Part shown: positions 49,438-63,843 of the stretch, in pieces
How the letters are laid out: each line of letters begins with the position of its first letter
Numbering within the stretch: position 1 is the first letter of the stretch
Origin: Amoebidium appalachense
Taxonomy: Eukaryota > Protista > Ichthyosporea
Direction: 5' to 3'
Length of the DNA: 64,000 nucleotides
Assembly (NCBI GenBank): GCA_963693365.1
Contig: CAVNZM010000002.1
Span: forward strand, 13,115,615 to 13,179,614
The notes under the pieces: model-generated
The model's database searches: none
Told to the model about the DNA's origin: nothing
What the model saw: only the letters and a program-made list of their open reading frames with translations
Position numbers and translations under genes: made by a program

Positions 49438-51748
49438 GGAGGGGGAAGCAGTGGGACGAACCTTCAAGCCAGCATTTGTCAGGGCTTCCTTCCATAGCTG
49501 GACGACCCTTGTGATCTGGCTGGGCAGGTAGGTCTTGGCGAAAAACGCTGCCTCGGGCAAACGCTCTGCAGGCCAGACATTCAGTACCCATGCATATCTA
49601 CGTTTTTGCCGTGTATGGTCGTTTGAGAAATGAAGGTGATTCTGACATAATGATGAATGGTGTGTGCTGCTATGTCACGATGCATGTGTGTGTGTGTGCG
49701 CGCGAAAAGGCAATGATACGACACAATCCCCTCGCCTGCACCCTAAATAGTGCCAAGGAGAAACAAATAAGAAAGCCTATCCCCCCCCCCCCCCCCCCTC
49801 CCCCCCCTCTCCCCGTGGCTCAGGTCTACCCCACCCCGGCCAACTGTCACATGTTGTCTACACCGTACACCCTTTTCCTGTTTCCTGCACAAAACTACAC
49901 AGCAATTGCACATTTATCTCCCCCCCCTCCGAGTCCCTCCTTCCCCACACAGCCCCCCCCTCCCCCCCCCCTCCCTTCTCGCCCGTCACACCCCCTCCCC
50001 CCCCCCCCCCACACAGACCTGTGTCGACCAGCAGCTGCAAGCAGTCCTCCAGCCTCTGCAGCAAAAACAGACACACAAACGTCACGTTGTTGCGCCCGGC
50101 CTGCCGGGACACCTCAGCCAGCTTGCTCAGCCCCTGCACGTTGCCTGCCGTAGTGAACAGCAGCAGCAGACCACCGTAGTCCTTGGCCTGGATCATGCAC
50201 TCCTCGGCAAGCTGCACGTGCATGTGTGCGTGTACGTGTACGTGTAGTGTGTGTGTGTGTGTTCAGGTATGTATGCATGTGTGCAGTCATCATGTGTGTG
50301 TAGGTGGAGGGGGTGCGGTCAGAAATCGGCAAACAAAACAGAACACCATTCCAAAGCGAGGAAGGTGCTGTGGGTATGCGCAAAAGGTCATACACCATGG
50401 TTCCAGCATCAGTGAAGCACGTTCTAAAAGGGAAGCACGCTCTTAAAGGAAAAAGCCACCGAGAGACCTAGCCCACAGGAACCGGGATTCGACCGATTTG
50501 CCTTGTACTCGAAACCCAACTCGGATACTCAACAATATGAGACGTTACAACGACACAGACATCCCCCCCCCCCCCCCCCCCCCCCCTCCCCCCCCCCCCT
50601 CCCCCTCCCCTCTCCCCCCCCCCAACACACACACACACCCACCCCAACCCACCCACCCACACGCACTTTGGGGCCAAAAAAAAAAAAAAAAAAAAGAAAA
50701 CAAAAAGCAGGCAACATACGCCAAAGTTCCAGCACGACAGGGCCAGGTCACCCAGCTGCTTCCACTTGAGGTCGCTCTCAGCCTCCTTCGCAATGCCATA
50801 GGCCACGTCCAGCTTCTTGAGCCCCAGCGCAAGTTCGAACCGGTGGTCACTGTCCTCGGACACCTGCAGCGCCTGCTCGGGGAACCCTGCACGTGCACAC
50901 GTGTCAGTGTGTGTGCGTGTTCACATGTACGTGTGTGTGGAATGGTTGTGTGTGTGTGCATGCGTGGAGAGAGAGAGAAAGCACTCGACAGAGAGAGAGA
51001 GAGACATGGAGGGCGGGGACGGGGGGGGGGGGGGGGGGTTTGAATGCGGAACACGGCACGAAGTACGCACACACGAAGGACACATGCAAAGGCAAACATT
51101 CAAGTATGCAACATAGCCATGCGCGCAGCATGTGTCATAAGCAGAGCCCATCCTCAGGGAGGGCCCAAGGGGGGGGGGGGGGGGGGGTTGAATGCGTCAA
51201 AAGTACGAATTACACAAGAGCAAACGGATAACACGATGCAGAATGCAAGCCATACATAAAGAGTATGCATAATAAGCAGAGCCCATCCTCAGGGGGGCCC
51301 CACGTCATCCACAGTACCCGAGTTTCGACCTATTCACCTCGTTAACGAAACCCAACTCAGATACTGTTTCACTTGAACATGGGTAGGTCACCCGTCTTGA
51401 TCAGAGACGTGCAGGGTTGCTTATGCAGGCAAGGGCAGTCGGAAAGGCCGGGGGATGCTCGTGTGTTCAGGAAGGCAGCGAGGTGGAAAGGGCACGAGCA
51501 GTGGAAGATAAAGAGGGAAAGGAAAGCCAAGAGAGGAAGATTGTGGAGAGCTAATAATATATCACAATATTATTATTATTACTATCAAAATTACTATTAG
51601 TGTTGTGTGCGCATACCTTGCTTTTCAAGGAAGCGTGCCACCCGTGTACGTTGCTCCTTGGGGATGTTAGCCATCAGAGCATCTGCTGCGGCAAAGTCAC
51701 GGCGCATGACTTGGGTCTGGTACTCCAGCACGGTAACGTTGAGAGCAT

Positions 51749-51803
<55 letters not shown>

Positions 51804-52404
51804 GGGGGAGGGGGGGAGGGGGGAGGGGAATGAGACATAACAGCAGACGAACTTTTTCACTGCTGTGCGCAATAGCAGAGCATGACACCAGAAAAAACAT
51901 AAGATAAGTGTCATGGTTGGGGATTAGGGTCAGAAAAATAATTGTTAATAAAAAGAACAAAACACGAGCGAGCATTGCTTGATATGTGTTTGCATTGTAG
52001 AGAAAAGGATAAGAAAGGCTGCACAGAGCCCCTTGACTTATTGGCCATGGCGAAGAAGGCAGTATCTCTAGGCTGTGCGTACGTGCGGAAGCATAGGGAA
52101 ACTCCCCGGGGAAGAAACAGCCCTAACCCCCCCCCCCCCCCCCCCCCCCCAGAAAAAAAAAAAAAAACACAAAAAATATAAAAATAAAATATAATCAATA
52201 AAAATGAAATGCGTGCCGTGAAAGCACATGTTCAATGGCCAAAAATGTGTATGATCAGCAAACTGGGACACAGCGAAGGAAAAGGGGGGAGAGGGAGGGG
52301 GGCACACGTACCTGACAACATTGACGTCCTTGTCGGCCAAGAAGCAGCGGCCCTCCTTGGGAAGGTAGCCGAGCAGGTACCTGCACACACAAACACACAG
52401 ACAT

Positions 52405-52446
<42 letters not shown>

Positions 52447-52969
52447 ACCCACCCACCCACACCCACACTCACCCCCACCTAGACACACACCCACACCCAG
52501 ACACACATGCACACGCACACACCACATTGTGATACCCAGCAACACATACCACCAAAATTAAAAAACGGTGAGTCATTCAGTCTGAATTGCACACGTCCCA
52601 CTTCTTACAGGCTGCACCCCCGGGAGTAGATACCTCGTGGACTAACGACTGTAAACAGGTCGATCCCACACTAGTACTAGGGTGCATAATGGCTTAGGCG
52701 AAATCCAGCTAACTCCAGAAAAGGAAAATTGAAACCGGTCTGCACGCACGAACATAGTCACTGTGAGATTGATCCATCCGGTCTCACAAAAAACATCTTT
52801 GTGGAAGCCATTGACACCATCGACAGGTAGAGAGGATGAAAACGTGAGATACCCTTGGTGCATAACACAAAGCCACACGAATAATGTAGAAGAATACATG
52901 TGAGAACAATGTAAAATAATACAAGGTAGAATAATGTAGAATAATACATGTGAGAATAAAGTCGGAGAA

Positions 52970-53013
<44 letters not shown>

Positions 53014-53251
53014 CACATGACCAAGGCAACTTCTAATAGTTATAATCGTATGTGTGGTAGTCGCAGCAGGGGTTTGATCACTCAAAATTTGGATCACGTA
53101 CATGGGCTTGTCGAGGTGTGCCACAGTGACAATCTCGCCACCCACATAGTAGTTGAGGCGGTTGACGCTGCTGGTGTACAGGAAGCAGTCCCCAACCCAC
53201 GTGGCTGCATGACACTCAGTCAGCATGCAGAACAAACATCCCCCCCCCCCC

Positions 53252-53284
<33 letters not shown>

Positions 53285-54115
53285 ACACACACACCACCAC
53301 CACCACCACCACCCCCCTTGTCCCCATTCGCGTCCTCCTCTCTTTTCCCACCCCCTCCATAGGTGCTTTTTCCGTAAGGCCGTCCACACCACCCTGCCCT
53401 TTTCTTACCTCCAAGGGCAGAGTCCAAAAGCTATTTGCTATGCACCGTACCCAATAAACTGTGCCATACTCACGCAACGCGAGCGCATGCGCACGTGTAC
53501 TTTGCGCACACCCGCATACCGCCTCCACCTATGCAAGTACTGTGTGCACACCCAAGCACCATCCGGACATAAGCAAGTGCTGTGCGCACACACCCATTTA
53601 CCCATTCACTGTATGCACACACACATGCCAGTACCGTGTGCACACCCACTACTGTGCGAACACTCCACGTACTATGTGCACACACACACACACATGCAAG
53701 TACTGTGTGCACACCCAAGCACCATCCGGACATAAGCAAGTGCTGTGCGCACACACCCATTTACCCATTCACTGTATGCACACACACATGCCAGTACCGT
53801 GTGCACACCCACTACTGTGCGAACACTCCACGTACTATGTGCACACACACACACACATGCAAGTACTGTGTGCACCCACCGGTCTTGACAACCTCCTGCA
53901 CCTCGCCCAGCACGTCAAAGGCCTCCTCTATGCCCTCATCAGGCACGGGCAGGTTCTGCTCCACGTGTGCAGCAACTGCCCCCTTGTTGTACTTGAGCAC
54001 GTAGTACGAGTCCTCCGTCACAATCGCACACAGCTCGCCGCTCTCGTTCCAGAAGATCTAATGTGTGAATGTGTGTTAGTGGAACGAGGGGAAGGGCGGA
54101 GGGGCCCCGGGGGAA

Positions 54116-54199
<84 letters not shown>

Positions 54200-54699
54200 G
54201 GAGGGGAGGACGGAAGGAGGGGGAGGGGAGGGGAGAGGGAGGGGGGGAGGGGGGGGGGGGGGGGGGGAGGGAAGAAGGGAGGGAGATAGATCGAACACAT
54301 GTTAAGTCATAAAAGGCCGGGAGAAAAGGATAGAAGGGAGTAAGGATGTGTGTTGCTACCGGTTAGTGAGGAATGATGGTTGATCCAATCGGTTGGTACA
54401 TCACCGAATCCGCTGTTGGCCTCCCCCCCCCCCCCCAAAGCATGAGTGCCTCATGAACACACCACCACCACATGAACACACACGTACCTGCTTGGGCACG
54501 ATTTCAATGCGGCGCACAAGGTTTGTAGTCTCCCAGTCGTAGAAGGCCAGGGAGTTTGCTGACCGCACACCCACGAGGTGGCCACCAAACAGACCCTCTG
54601 CATGCACATCACACCATCAGTGTCCGACCAAAACGTCTTTCGTGCGTCCGAACACAGATTCCATGTCCCTGCACTGCCCATGCCAACACGCCTTGTGCC

Positions 54700-54735
<36 letters not shown>

Positions 54736-55145
54736 AAAAAAAGCAAAAAAAACAAAAAAAACAAACAAAACAACAACAACAACTAAAGGACTTAGTATAA
54801 ATAAAATAAAAACCCAGCCCCAAACAAGCACATGCAGACACAAGCACGCACATGCAGACACACAACACACAACACACACCCACACCCACACACAGCCGCC
54901 CGCCCACCCCGTCACCACCACACGTACAAACACAGCCCAAACTTTAGGTCCCGCCTGTTTCTCGACTATACCGAGTGTGGCCCTATCTCGGCAATAACGA
55001 TTACGGTAGGCTACCCAACACCTGCTTACCGGCACTGAAGTCGATCTTGACGGTCTGCCTCTCCTTGAAGTTGCGGTACAGCTTGACCTTGGACGAGCTC
55101 TCCCGCACGGCATATCTGCACACACCACACAGTCACACAATGCAG

Positions 55146-55182
<37 letters not shown>

Positions 55183-55482
55183 CCCAAAACACACACACAC
55201 CACTACCACCACCACCACCACCACCACCACATCGTCTCCCTCTCTCTCTCAACTCCCCACCACACGTTCACCACTGCACCCCACAGGACAGAATGCTGGG
55301 TACCAAACAACAGGTCGGTAATGATAGGTTCCCTTATCTCTTTATCAAAGCCCACACTATGCTTAATGATCGAAGAATGCAAGAGACGGAGGGAACGAAG
55401 GAATGCAGAAATCATGCAGGGCCCCCTCCCCCCTCCCCCTCCCCTCACATACACAAAAAAAGGATTTCAGGGATCGTGTAAG

Positions 55483-55534
<52 letters not shown>

Positions 55535-56507
55535 ACACACACACACAAAAAAAAGGCCCCGCCGAATGCACGAATAATAGGAATGAGATGGGGGGAACAT
55601 ACTCTCCGGCGTCTGCAGACCAGACAAACTCCAGGGCGCTGCCGAAGCTCTTGTTGCGCCATGCCAGGGCCGTGTAGATGATGTACTCCCCATCCCCACA
55701 CACAACCACAAATCTGCATGCACACGCAATGTCAGATTCAAAAATGTTTCGTTTAGACATCCGAGACGGGTCACATCCGAAAAAGATTTACGATTTGTGA
55801 CTAGCGAGATGCACATCAAACAAGGCCTGACCCGAAGGGGTCTATAAATCGGTCTAAAAGAAACCGGGCTAGATCGAGCATTTCGTGGCATACCGCCCAC
55901 ATGACGTCAGTTTGAACTGTCACAGATCATAAACGTTGCCGGATGGTATATATCATATGATTGGCTTTTTGCCTACATATTGCGGTCGCCATTCTTTCCA
56001 AATCGTCATATAAAGGATTCCTGGGGGAAATGCCAACTTAGCCGTGGACATCCTCCCCCCCCCCCCCCCCCCCCACCCCCCCTTCTTTTCCCACACACAC
56101 ACACACACACACACCCACACTTCCACACACACACAACCAGCAACCAGGAGTCGTAATCACCCTCGTCAAGGAATGCACCTTCACCAAGCACGCTCTCATG
56201 CCCCATAACCGTCCATCTCCGCCACACGCACACACCTACACGTGCCCGTACCTGCCGTTGGGGTTGTGGCTGAGAGTCTGAGGGTAGACCTCGCAGCTGC
56301 CAAGGTCCTTTGTGGGCAGTGTGAGCTGCTCCCCGTCCTTGAGCACATCTGTGCAAAACACACCTGTCAGAGATTCAAGATACACGAAATATACGTTATG
56401 TATGGGTTACACATCACACATGCACACCAGACATTCGTAAAACCATGCGCGCACACACACATCCTCACCCGTCAACTGTCGAAATACCATATGCATACAA
56501 CTGCACA

Positions 56508-56569
<62 letters not shown>

Positions 56570-57128
56570 GTCGCCCCTTCCCCTAGGAGGCTGTCCTTTG
56601 TGCGAAAAGGGGTCAAAAATACAAAAACAAACAAGAAAAACGTACCACCGGCGCCCTTGATGTTGGCCACGTTTGCCTGCAGAATCTCGCTGTGCTTGGC
56701 CCAGATGATCTTGCCGCTCTGGTCCATGCTCATGGCTGGCTCCTCACGCCCCATCTGTCACCCACCCCAACGGTCAGCTCCTACATGTATAACAAAAGTA
56801 CGTAAACAGAGCCTCATAGGACCATTAAAACACATACACAGACATACGTTGGCACGCACGCGTGCGCACACACGCACACACGCACACACCCTAACCCGCC
56901 CACCTAACTTCTTAGCTCTCTGTCACCACAAGATACCAGAATCACAAAGAATTGGGAGGGCCTTTCTCCCGTGCTGTTGGCCTGAGCACACAAACGTGCA
57001 TTGGTCGTGGAAAGCAAGAACACACAAGCAATGACGGAAAAAACACACGTTTTGGTGAGTCAAGTAAAATAGAACACACGAGTTAAATAGAATGTTGGAA
57101 GATTATTTTGCCTCTTGTGTGTGTGTGT

Positions 57129-57159
<31 letters not shown>

Positions 57160-57666
57160 GAAAGGGCTCATACCTTGATCATGATGCTGCCCTCATCAAA
57201 GCCGAAAGCAATGTCGTTAGAGCCGCGCTGGTACGCCAGTGCCCAGACGCGCTCCAAACCGTAGTTCAGGGTGGTTTCCATGCGGTATGTCTGCGCATGC
57301 CAGATGCGCACAGTACCTGCACGTGAGCGCATGTGAGAAAACGGTGACATGTGGCCGTTTAAAATGGGAACAAATTTTCATAACAGCATAAATGTGTGCT
57401 CAATTTTGATCGTGATATCATAAAAAGGTCCTTAAAAAGATTGTGACCAAGAAAACTCGGAAATGCTCAATATCCAACCTGCCCTGCAGGGATGTGTGTG
57501 CCTGTACTGTGAAAGTGAACGGGCGAGGAGATCCGTATACCTATGTGATGATGCGAGGTGTATGTGCACATTACCTGGAGATGCAACCCCATACATTTGA
57601 CATCTTAAACATGAAGAAGTATGATATGGGTGTGCGCAAATGAAACGTGTTCACACACACGACACA

Positions 57667-57733
<67 letters not shown>

Positions 57734-58722
57734 CCGCCCGCCCGCCCGCCCGCCCGCCCGCCCGCCCGCCCGCCCGCCCACCCATCGACACATACACACA
57801 CACACACACACACACAAGCCCGCGCCTGCCAATGTTTATGTTTACGTACCAAGCGCAATATGCATCAAGTGCCAAGCTACGCCATTCATTGCAGTAACCC
57901 TTCCTCTGTGCATATTTCAACACTTACCGTCCTCTGAGCCAGAGATGATGATGGGCAGGTCTGGGTGGAAGCAGGCAACAGAGACGTTCTGGGTGTGGCC
58001 GGCCAAGGTCTGCACGCACACCTTGTTCTGGTAGTCCCACACCTTGACGTTGCTGCAACCAGAGTGTCAATACAGGCCATGCTTTCACCATCGGTCTTGA
58101 CTCTTTAAAACTCCGCCTACTTATCCTACCGAGTGTTTTTTCCCCCCCAAACGGAAGGAGGTCACGTTTATCCACACATTCAGCTCGCTTATAAAGCATT
58201 ACCTCCCCCCCCCCCCCCCCCCCCTCCCTGCCCGTTCCTTGCCGCCGCCGGCGCCCACACTCACACATACCTTTGTCTCTGACTACTACACCAACCATTG
58301 CATGGATTACACGGTCCATTACGAGCAATGGCTACCCATCAGTGATCTTCATGCATGGCTTCTGGTGAACCAATCAACATGCAAATGATGTATGGATGCT
58401 AGACGTATCTGCAGCTTTATCTTCATGTGTTGCAGCTGGAGTGTGGCAAGGAAAATTTTTGTGTGTGTGTGTGGTGGATGCCTAGGGCGTGTGTGTGAGT
58501 GTACGCTCGGAGCATGTCTGCACGGGTGCATAATCGTTTGCTTGCGTACACGAGTGACTGGCTGCCGTGCTTAGTGGTGTTAAAACCGCACAAGGAGGAC
58601 AAAGAGATGGAAGGAGAGGCGGAGGGAGAAGGAAGAGAGACAGGGAGAGGGAGAGAGAGAGGGGGGGGGGGGGGGGGGGAGGAAGCGAGGGAGCGAGGGA
58701 GGGAGGGAGGGAGGGAGGGAGG

Positions 58723-58755
<33 letters not shown>

Positions 58756-59507
58756 GGGGGGGGGGGGGTTTGAATGCGTCCAAAAGTACGAAGTACACAA
58801 GAACAAACGGATAACACGATGCAGAATGCAAGCCATACATAAAGAGTATGCATAATAAGCAGAGCACATCCTCAGGGGGGGCCCACGTCATCCACAGTAC
58901 CCGAGTTTCGACCTATTCACCTCGTTAACGAAACCCAACTCAGATACTGTTTCACTTGAACATGGGTAGGTCACCCGTCTTGATCAGAGACGAGCAGGGT
59001 TGCTTATGCAGGCAAGGGCAGTGGGAAAGGCCAGGGGTTAAAGTTGCAGCAGTAAGCAGAAGCAAGAAAAATATAGATAGGAACTCAGGAGACGGGGCTT
59101 CTAGGAAGCTCCCCCGTCGATACCTAAGTCGATACTTCCCTGGCTAACATACTACACCAGCTGAAAAGAATTAAGTCCCGAAGGCCGCAGAATTCGCAAT
59201 CAGAGGGGAAAATATGAGATTTGACCCACGCCGCAGGGTAGTAACACGCTTACGGGGGGAGAGGGAGGGAGAGAGGAAGATAGAACGAGAGAGCGATGTA
59301 CTTACCCATCATCACCACCGGAGATAAGGTAGGGCTTCTCACCGCCCTGGTAATAGTCTACACAGTTGACCCCCTTCTCGTGCCCCTCAAGTGTGAAGTT
59401 GGGTGTGGGCGACCCCAGCTGCCATACCTGGGAGTGCAACACAGTCATGGTGAGTATACTGAACAACATAAATACCTACACACTAAAATGCCTGCCTGCC
59501 TGCCTGC

Positions 59508-59564
<57 letters not shown>

Positions 59565-59768
59565 CACGCACACACGTGCACACACGCACATTCGCTACAA
59601 GCGAAAAACACTATGAAGAATGACCCCCTTCTCCACGGAACAGGACAGCATGCCTACGACGAAAGCAAGCGAGCAAAACCAGTGAGTGTTTGCTGTGGAT
59701 GCTGTTGACTTCATGTGTGTGTGTGTGTGTGTGTGTGCGCGCGCAGGCGCATGCGCCTGTCCAGGGGA

Positions 59769-59815
<47 letters not shown>

Positions 59816-60677
59816 GGGAGGGGGGTTTGAATGCGGAACACGGTACGAAGTACGCATACACGATGAGAAGCATGGTGCAGGACACATGCAAAGGCAAACA
59901 TTCAAGTATGCAACATCATCCATGCGCACAGTATGCGTCATAAGCAGAGCCCATCCTCAGGGAGGGCTCAAGGGGGAGGGGGGGGGTTTTGAATGCGGAA
60001 CACAGTACGAAGTACGCATACACGATGAGAAGCATGGTGCAGGACACATGCAAAGGCAAACATTCAAGTATGCAGCATCAGCCATGCGCACAGTATGCGT
60101 CATAAGCAGAGCCCATCCTCAGGGAGGGCCCAAGTCATCAATTGCGTCTGAGTTTCGACCCCTTAGCCCGCGTATATACGACGCTCCAACTCAGACAGCA
60201 GCATCAACTGAACTTGGGTGGGTCAACCCGTCTTGATCAAAGACGAGCAGGGTTGCTTATGCAAGCAAGGTGAGCAAAACGGTGAAGATGTATGTGCAAA
60301 CTAATGCAGTGCAGCGACAAACGCGTATGTGCTTACAGATGCACGACACAGAGCAACCATGCCCGGTTGCATGGGGGGGGGGGTGTTGAATGCGTCAAAA
60401 AGTACGAAGTACACAAGAACAAACAGATAACACGATGCAGAATGCAAGCCATACATAAAGAGTATGCATAATAAGCAGAGCCCATCCTCAGGGGGGGGCC
60501 CCACGTCATCCACAGTACCCGAGTTTCGACCTATTCACCTCGTCAACGAAACCCAACTCAGATACTGTTTCACTTGAGATTTGACCCACGCCGCAGGGTA
60601 GTAACACGCTTACTAGGGCGGAACTTTATCGTCTTCGAACGGAAAGCTATGCCGCCGGGGGGGGGGAGGGGGGGGGC

Positions 60678-60737
<60 letters not shown>

Positions 60738-62158
60738 TGTGTAGGGGGGATTGCTCACAAACCCACCTTAATAGTTCTGTCAAGAGACGCGCTGGCAAAA
60801 GTGTTTGTGTCTTTGGGGTTGAACACAACCATCATCACGAAGTGGCCATGTCCTTGGAATGTCTGCACGGGCGGGTATTAAACAACTATCACTATTAGAT
60901 AATGTGCACACATCAAACCTGGAAAATACCCCCCTCCCTCCCTCCACCCCCCCCCCCCCCCCCCCAAAAAAAAAAAAAAAAAAAAAAAAAACAAACAAAC
61001 TCGTCCCCCTATCAGATAATGTGCACACATCAAACCTGAAAAATATACCCCCCCCCCCCCCCTCGTCCCCCAATAACGTTCTCTCCAATCCCCTCCCATC
61101 CTCCACCCCCCTCCCCCCCGCCGGCCGGCCGGCCGGCCCCCCCTCCCCCTCCTCTCGTTGCTTCTCCTCCCCAGCACTGTTACTCGACACCAGAAATCAT
61201 GATCACATAGGCTCGCACTACAGCACCCTGCCTGCTTCCTTGAATATCCCCCCCTCCCCCCCTCCCCCGCATCCCCCCCCCCCCCCCCCCCCTTCCACGC
61301 ATCCCCCCCAGAGATATCCCTGCATAACCGCAAAAACAGCCAGAATCCACACACACACCAACATCATTACCCCCAGAGGTCATACCCCCACTCTGCCCAC
61401 CCCCCCACCCCCTCCCCCCTCCTTACCCCGGTCATTCCCACCTCCCCAACCCCGAATCAAGAAAACAAAAAAACAAAACACCATATAAAGCAGACAGCCA
61501 CATGCAAACCCAGCACAAGCACATCCCCCCCCCCCTCCCCCCCCCCCCCAAAAAAAAAGGAAATAAAAAATAAAAATAATAATAGTAAAATTAAACAAAA
61601 AAAAAAAAAAAAAAACACAGGACAAATGCCTGGACGCAGGCCCAGCGCTCCCAGTCCCACAGCTTGATAGTCTGGTCGTCACTGCACGTGAGCAGGTACG
61701 GCTGCACGGGGTGCACGGCAATGGACCGCACATAGTCCGAGTGCGCCTCCAGCGTTTGCACCTGCAAACACACAAACACATCTTAGATATGCTCCACCTG
61801 TATGAGGTTGGCTAAGAGTAGACACAGTCAATACATTTTTCTAAATTTTTAAGCCTCCGGCCCCCCCCCCCCCCTCCCCCCTTCCCCTTAAAACAAAAAA
61901 CCCGCCCCGGGGGGGGGGGGGGATCCCTGTACCTCCCGGGAACCTTACAAGGCTCACTCAATCATAGTTTCTCTCTAGCGCATTGTCGCCAATGACTAAC
62001 TGTAAGAGAGTGGAGTGCCTTATAAACCCCCAAGGCTGCGCGTGTGCGAACCCGACACACCACCAAAAATACGACACAAACTTGCCCTTTACTGCAGCCA
62101 CCTACTCTTTGAATCCAACACCCTCCCCTCCCTCTCGTGCAGCCCTGCGCGCGCGCGC

Positions 62159-62244
<86 letters not shown>

Positions 62245-62328
62245 TCCCCACATCAACACATAACAACACGAACACCGCAGATGGTCAGCAGCATGATACT
62301 TACCTGCCCAAACAGAAACACTCCACAA

Positions 62329-62365
<37 letters not shown>

Positions 62366-63510
62366 CCAACAACAACAACAACAAAAAAAAAAAAAAAAAA
62401 GAAAAAAAAGAAGAAGGAAAAAAAAAACTTGCACAAACACTAAAACGCACAAATGCAATCCCCCCTCCGCCATCCTCCCCCCCCCCCCCCCCCCCCTTTC
62501 CCCCTTACAATAAAACACACACACACAAACAAACACGGCGAAAGAAACACAAACACACAGCACATACCTTCTCCAATGTGTTATAGTTGAAAACTCTAAG
62601 CAGCATGTCGTCAGAGCCTGTTACGATCCAGTTTTTCCTCGCAACGAATCGGCATGCACGAACTGTAACAAAACCCAGCATCAGTTTTGAAACCTGCACC
62701 TTGCACGCGTACGCCATCGACACATGAGCACCTGTGTTTGCTTGCCTGTGTGTGCCTGGGCGATTGGACCGCGGCACGTGCATACGAGGTGTGCCTGTTT
62801 ATAGGTGTGTAGTAAGGGGGAGAGGTGTATTTGCCTGTCACTATGTCCTGCGATGTGCGCCCCTCTCTCTGCGTGTGGCCGTGTGTGATTGACCGCGCAT
62901 ATGTCCATGTGTGCCCATTGTGTGTGCACTAAGGTTGTACTACAGCCTGCATGCCTCGATAGAGTATGTGTAGGAAAATCTATTTGCGCATGGCTGTGTA
63001 CATGTGCATGGGAACGTGTGTGTACGTGTGTGTGCCTGCATATGCCAGTTGTGTCGAAAACAATGACGTGCATACAGCCTGCATACAGATATTTTGTGTG
63101 TACGGAGATCTCGGTACAGTCATGCAGGTGGTCCCTACCTGGCAAGTCCGCGACCTCAAAGGTCTTGATCAGCGTCTGTCAAGGACCAAACCGTTAGTTA
63201 GGGTCACAAAGCCCTGAGCTCTAATAACTAGAACGTTGCCAATCTCCCTTTATCGTCATGTTTGCCTAATAAGCAGGGACGGGGGGGAAGGGGGGGGGGG
63301 GGGGGGTGGGAAGAAAGCAGGAGAGGATAACACGTTATGGTGTGTGATGGTACATGCCTACGTGCTTAATCACGAGTGTGGTTAATCCTGTGTGCGAGTT
63401 GTATGTGTGATTCTTAACGAACGTATGTTGTATGCTCTTCAAGCATGCAGCTGGGTGTAATAACACGCTTGTTCCTAATGCTATTTGCGCCAGAGTGCAT
63501 TCATGGTTTT

Positions 63511-63541
<31 letters not shown>

Positions 63542-63843
63542 GGGGGCATATACCTGTGCCACGCACAACGGAACAAACTACCACAGAAAGAAAAACAAAC
63601 AACCCATCAAATAGACACCCCCACACCCACACCCGAAAAAATCGGATTTAAGATATATAAATAGAGGATAAACACAGAAGAACACCTACTGTTCTGACCC
63701 ACCACTCCTTTGCTAACAGCACGCACCTCGGTCTCGTAGTTCCACACGTTGACGTTGCCATTGTACAAACTGCAAAGCATCCATGGCTCCGTCGGGTGCA
63801 GGTCCACCCCCTTGACACGGTCGGACCGTGCAGACAGCTTTCT
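47551..63843 (-). CDS. COPB2: Coatomer subunit beta' (COPB2/Sec27), about 21 exons in window; 5'-partial (first exon lies beyond 64000)
   Basis: Spliced translation gives [153 protein letters not shown] and an acidic tail ending in TGA at 47551-47553. Confidence 0.96.
48273..48422. repeat. 78-bp tandem duplication spanning a COPB2 splice acceptor
   Basis: ctcggcctgttt...atatggattgg occurs at 48273 and 48351. Confidence 0.85.
48541..48648. repeat. 54-bp tandem duplication (intronic)
   Basis: tatctacccgtgtcg(t/a)aagaaaaatgcattaagcatattgcagattgcagcacg occurs twice. Confidence 0.9.
50476..50530 (-). mobile_element. Diverged internal fragment of the structured-RNA repeat (A-like variant)
   Basis: accgggattcgaccgatttgccttgtactcgaaacccaactcggatact compared with subfamily A acccgagtttcgacctattcacctcgttaacgaaacccaactcagatact. 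Confidence 0.6.
51039..51449 (-). mobile_element. Head-to-tail pair: full subfamily A copy (51188-51449) followed by a 5'-truncated subfamily B copy (51039-51169), joined by poly-C
   Basis: Direct identity with 15417-15681 and 59826-59972. Confidence 0.9.
52879..52976. repeat. Degenerate minisatellite (gaataatgtagaa(g/t)aatacatgtga-like units)
   Basis: About four imperfect units visible directly. Confidence 0.7.
53531..53877. repeat. 163-bp tandem repeat (2.1 units) built from agtactgtgtgcac-like subunits, abutting a COPB2 donor site
   Basis: atgcaagtactgtgtgcac starts at 53531, 53694 and 53857. Confidence 0.9.
58769..59032 (-). mobile_element. Structured-RNA repeat, subfamily A, full-length
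   Basis: Near-identical to 15417-15681. Confidence 0.9.
59826..60270 (-). mobile_element. Head-to-tail subfamily B copies: full-length 59987-60270 and 5'-truncated 59826-59972
   Basis: The core 60102-60260 has the same helix pattern as subfamily A with compensatory changes. Both copies end GCATTCAAA plus a C tract. Confidence 0.88.
60385..60577 (-). mobile_element. Structured-RNA repeat, subfamily A, 5'-deleted and fused to a second repeat (60577-60657)
   Basis: Identity with subfamily A up to cacttga, followed by 38 bp identical to 59216-59253. Confidence 0.85.

Noticed and set aside
53531-53877. Possible CRISPR-like array
   Set aside because: The whole 163-bp unit is duplicated with no unique spacers, in a eukaryotic intron with no cas genes.
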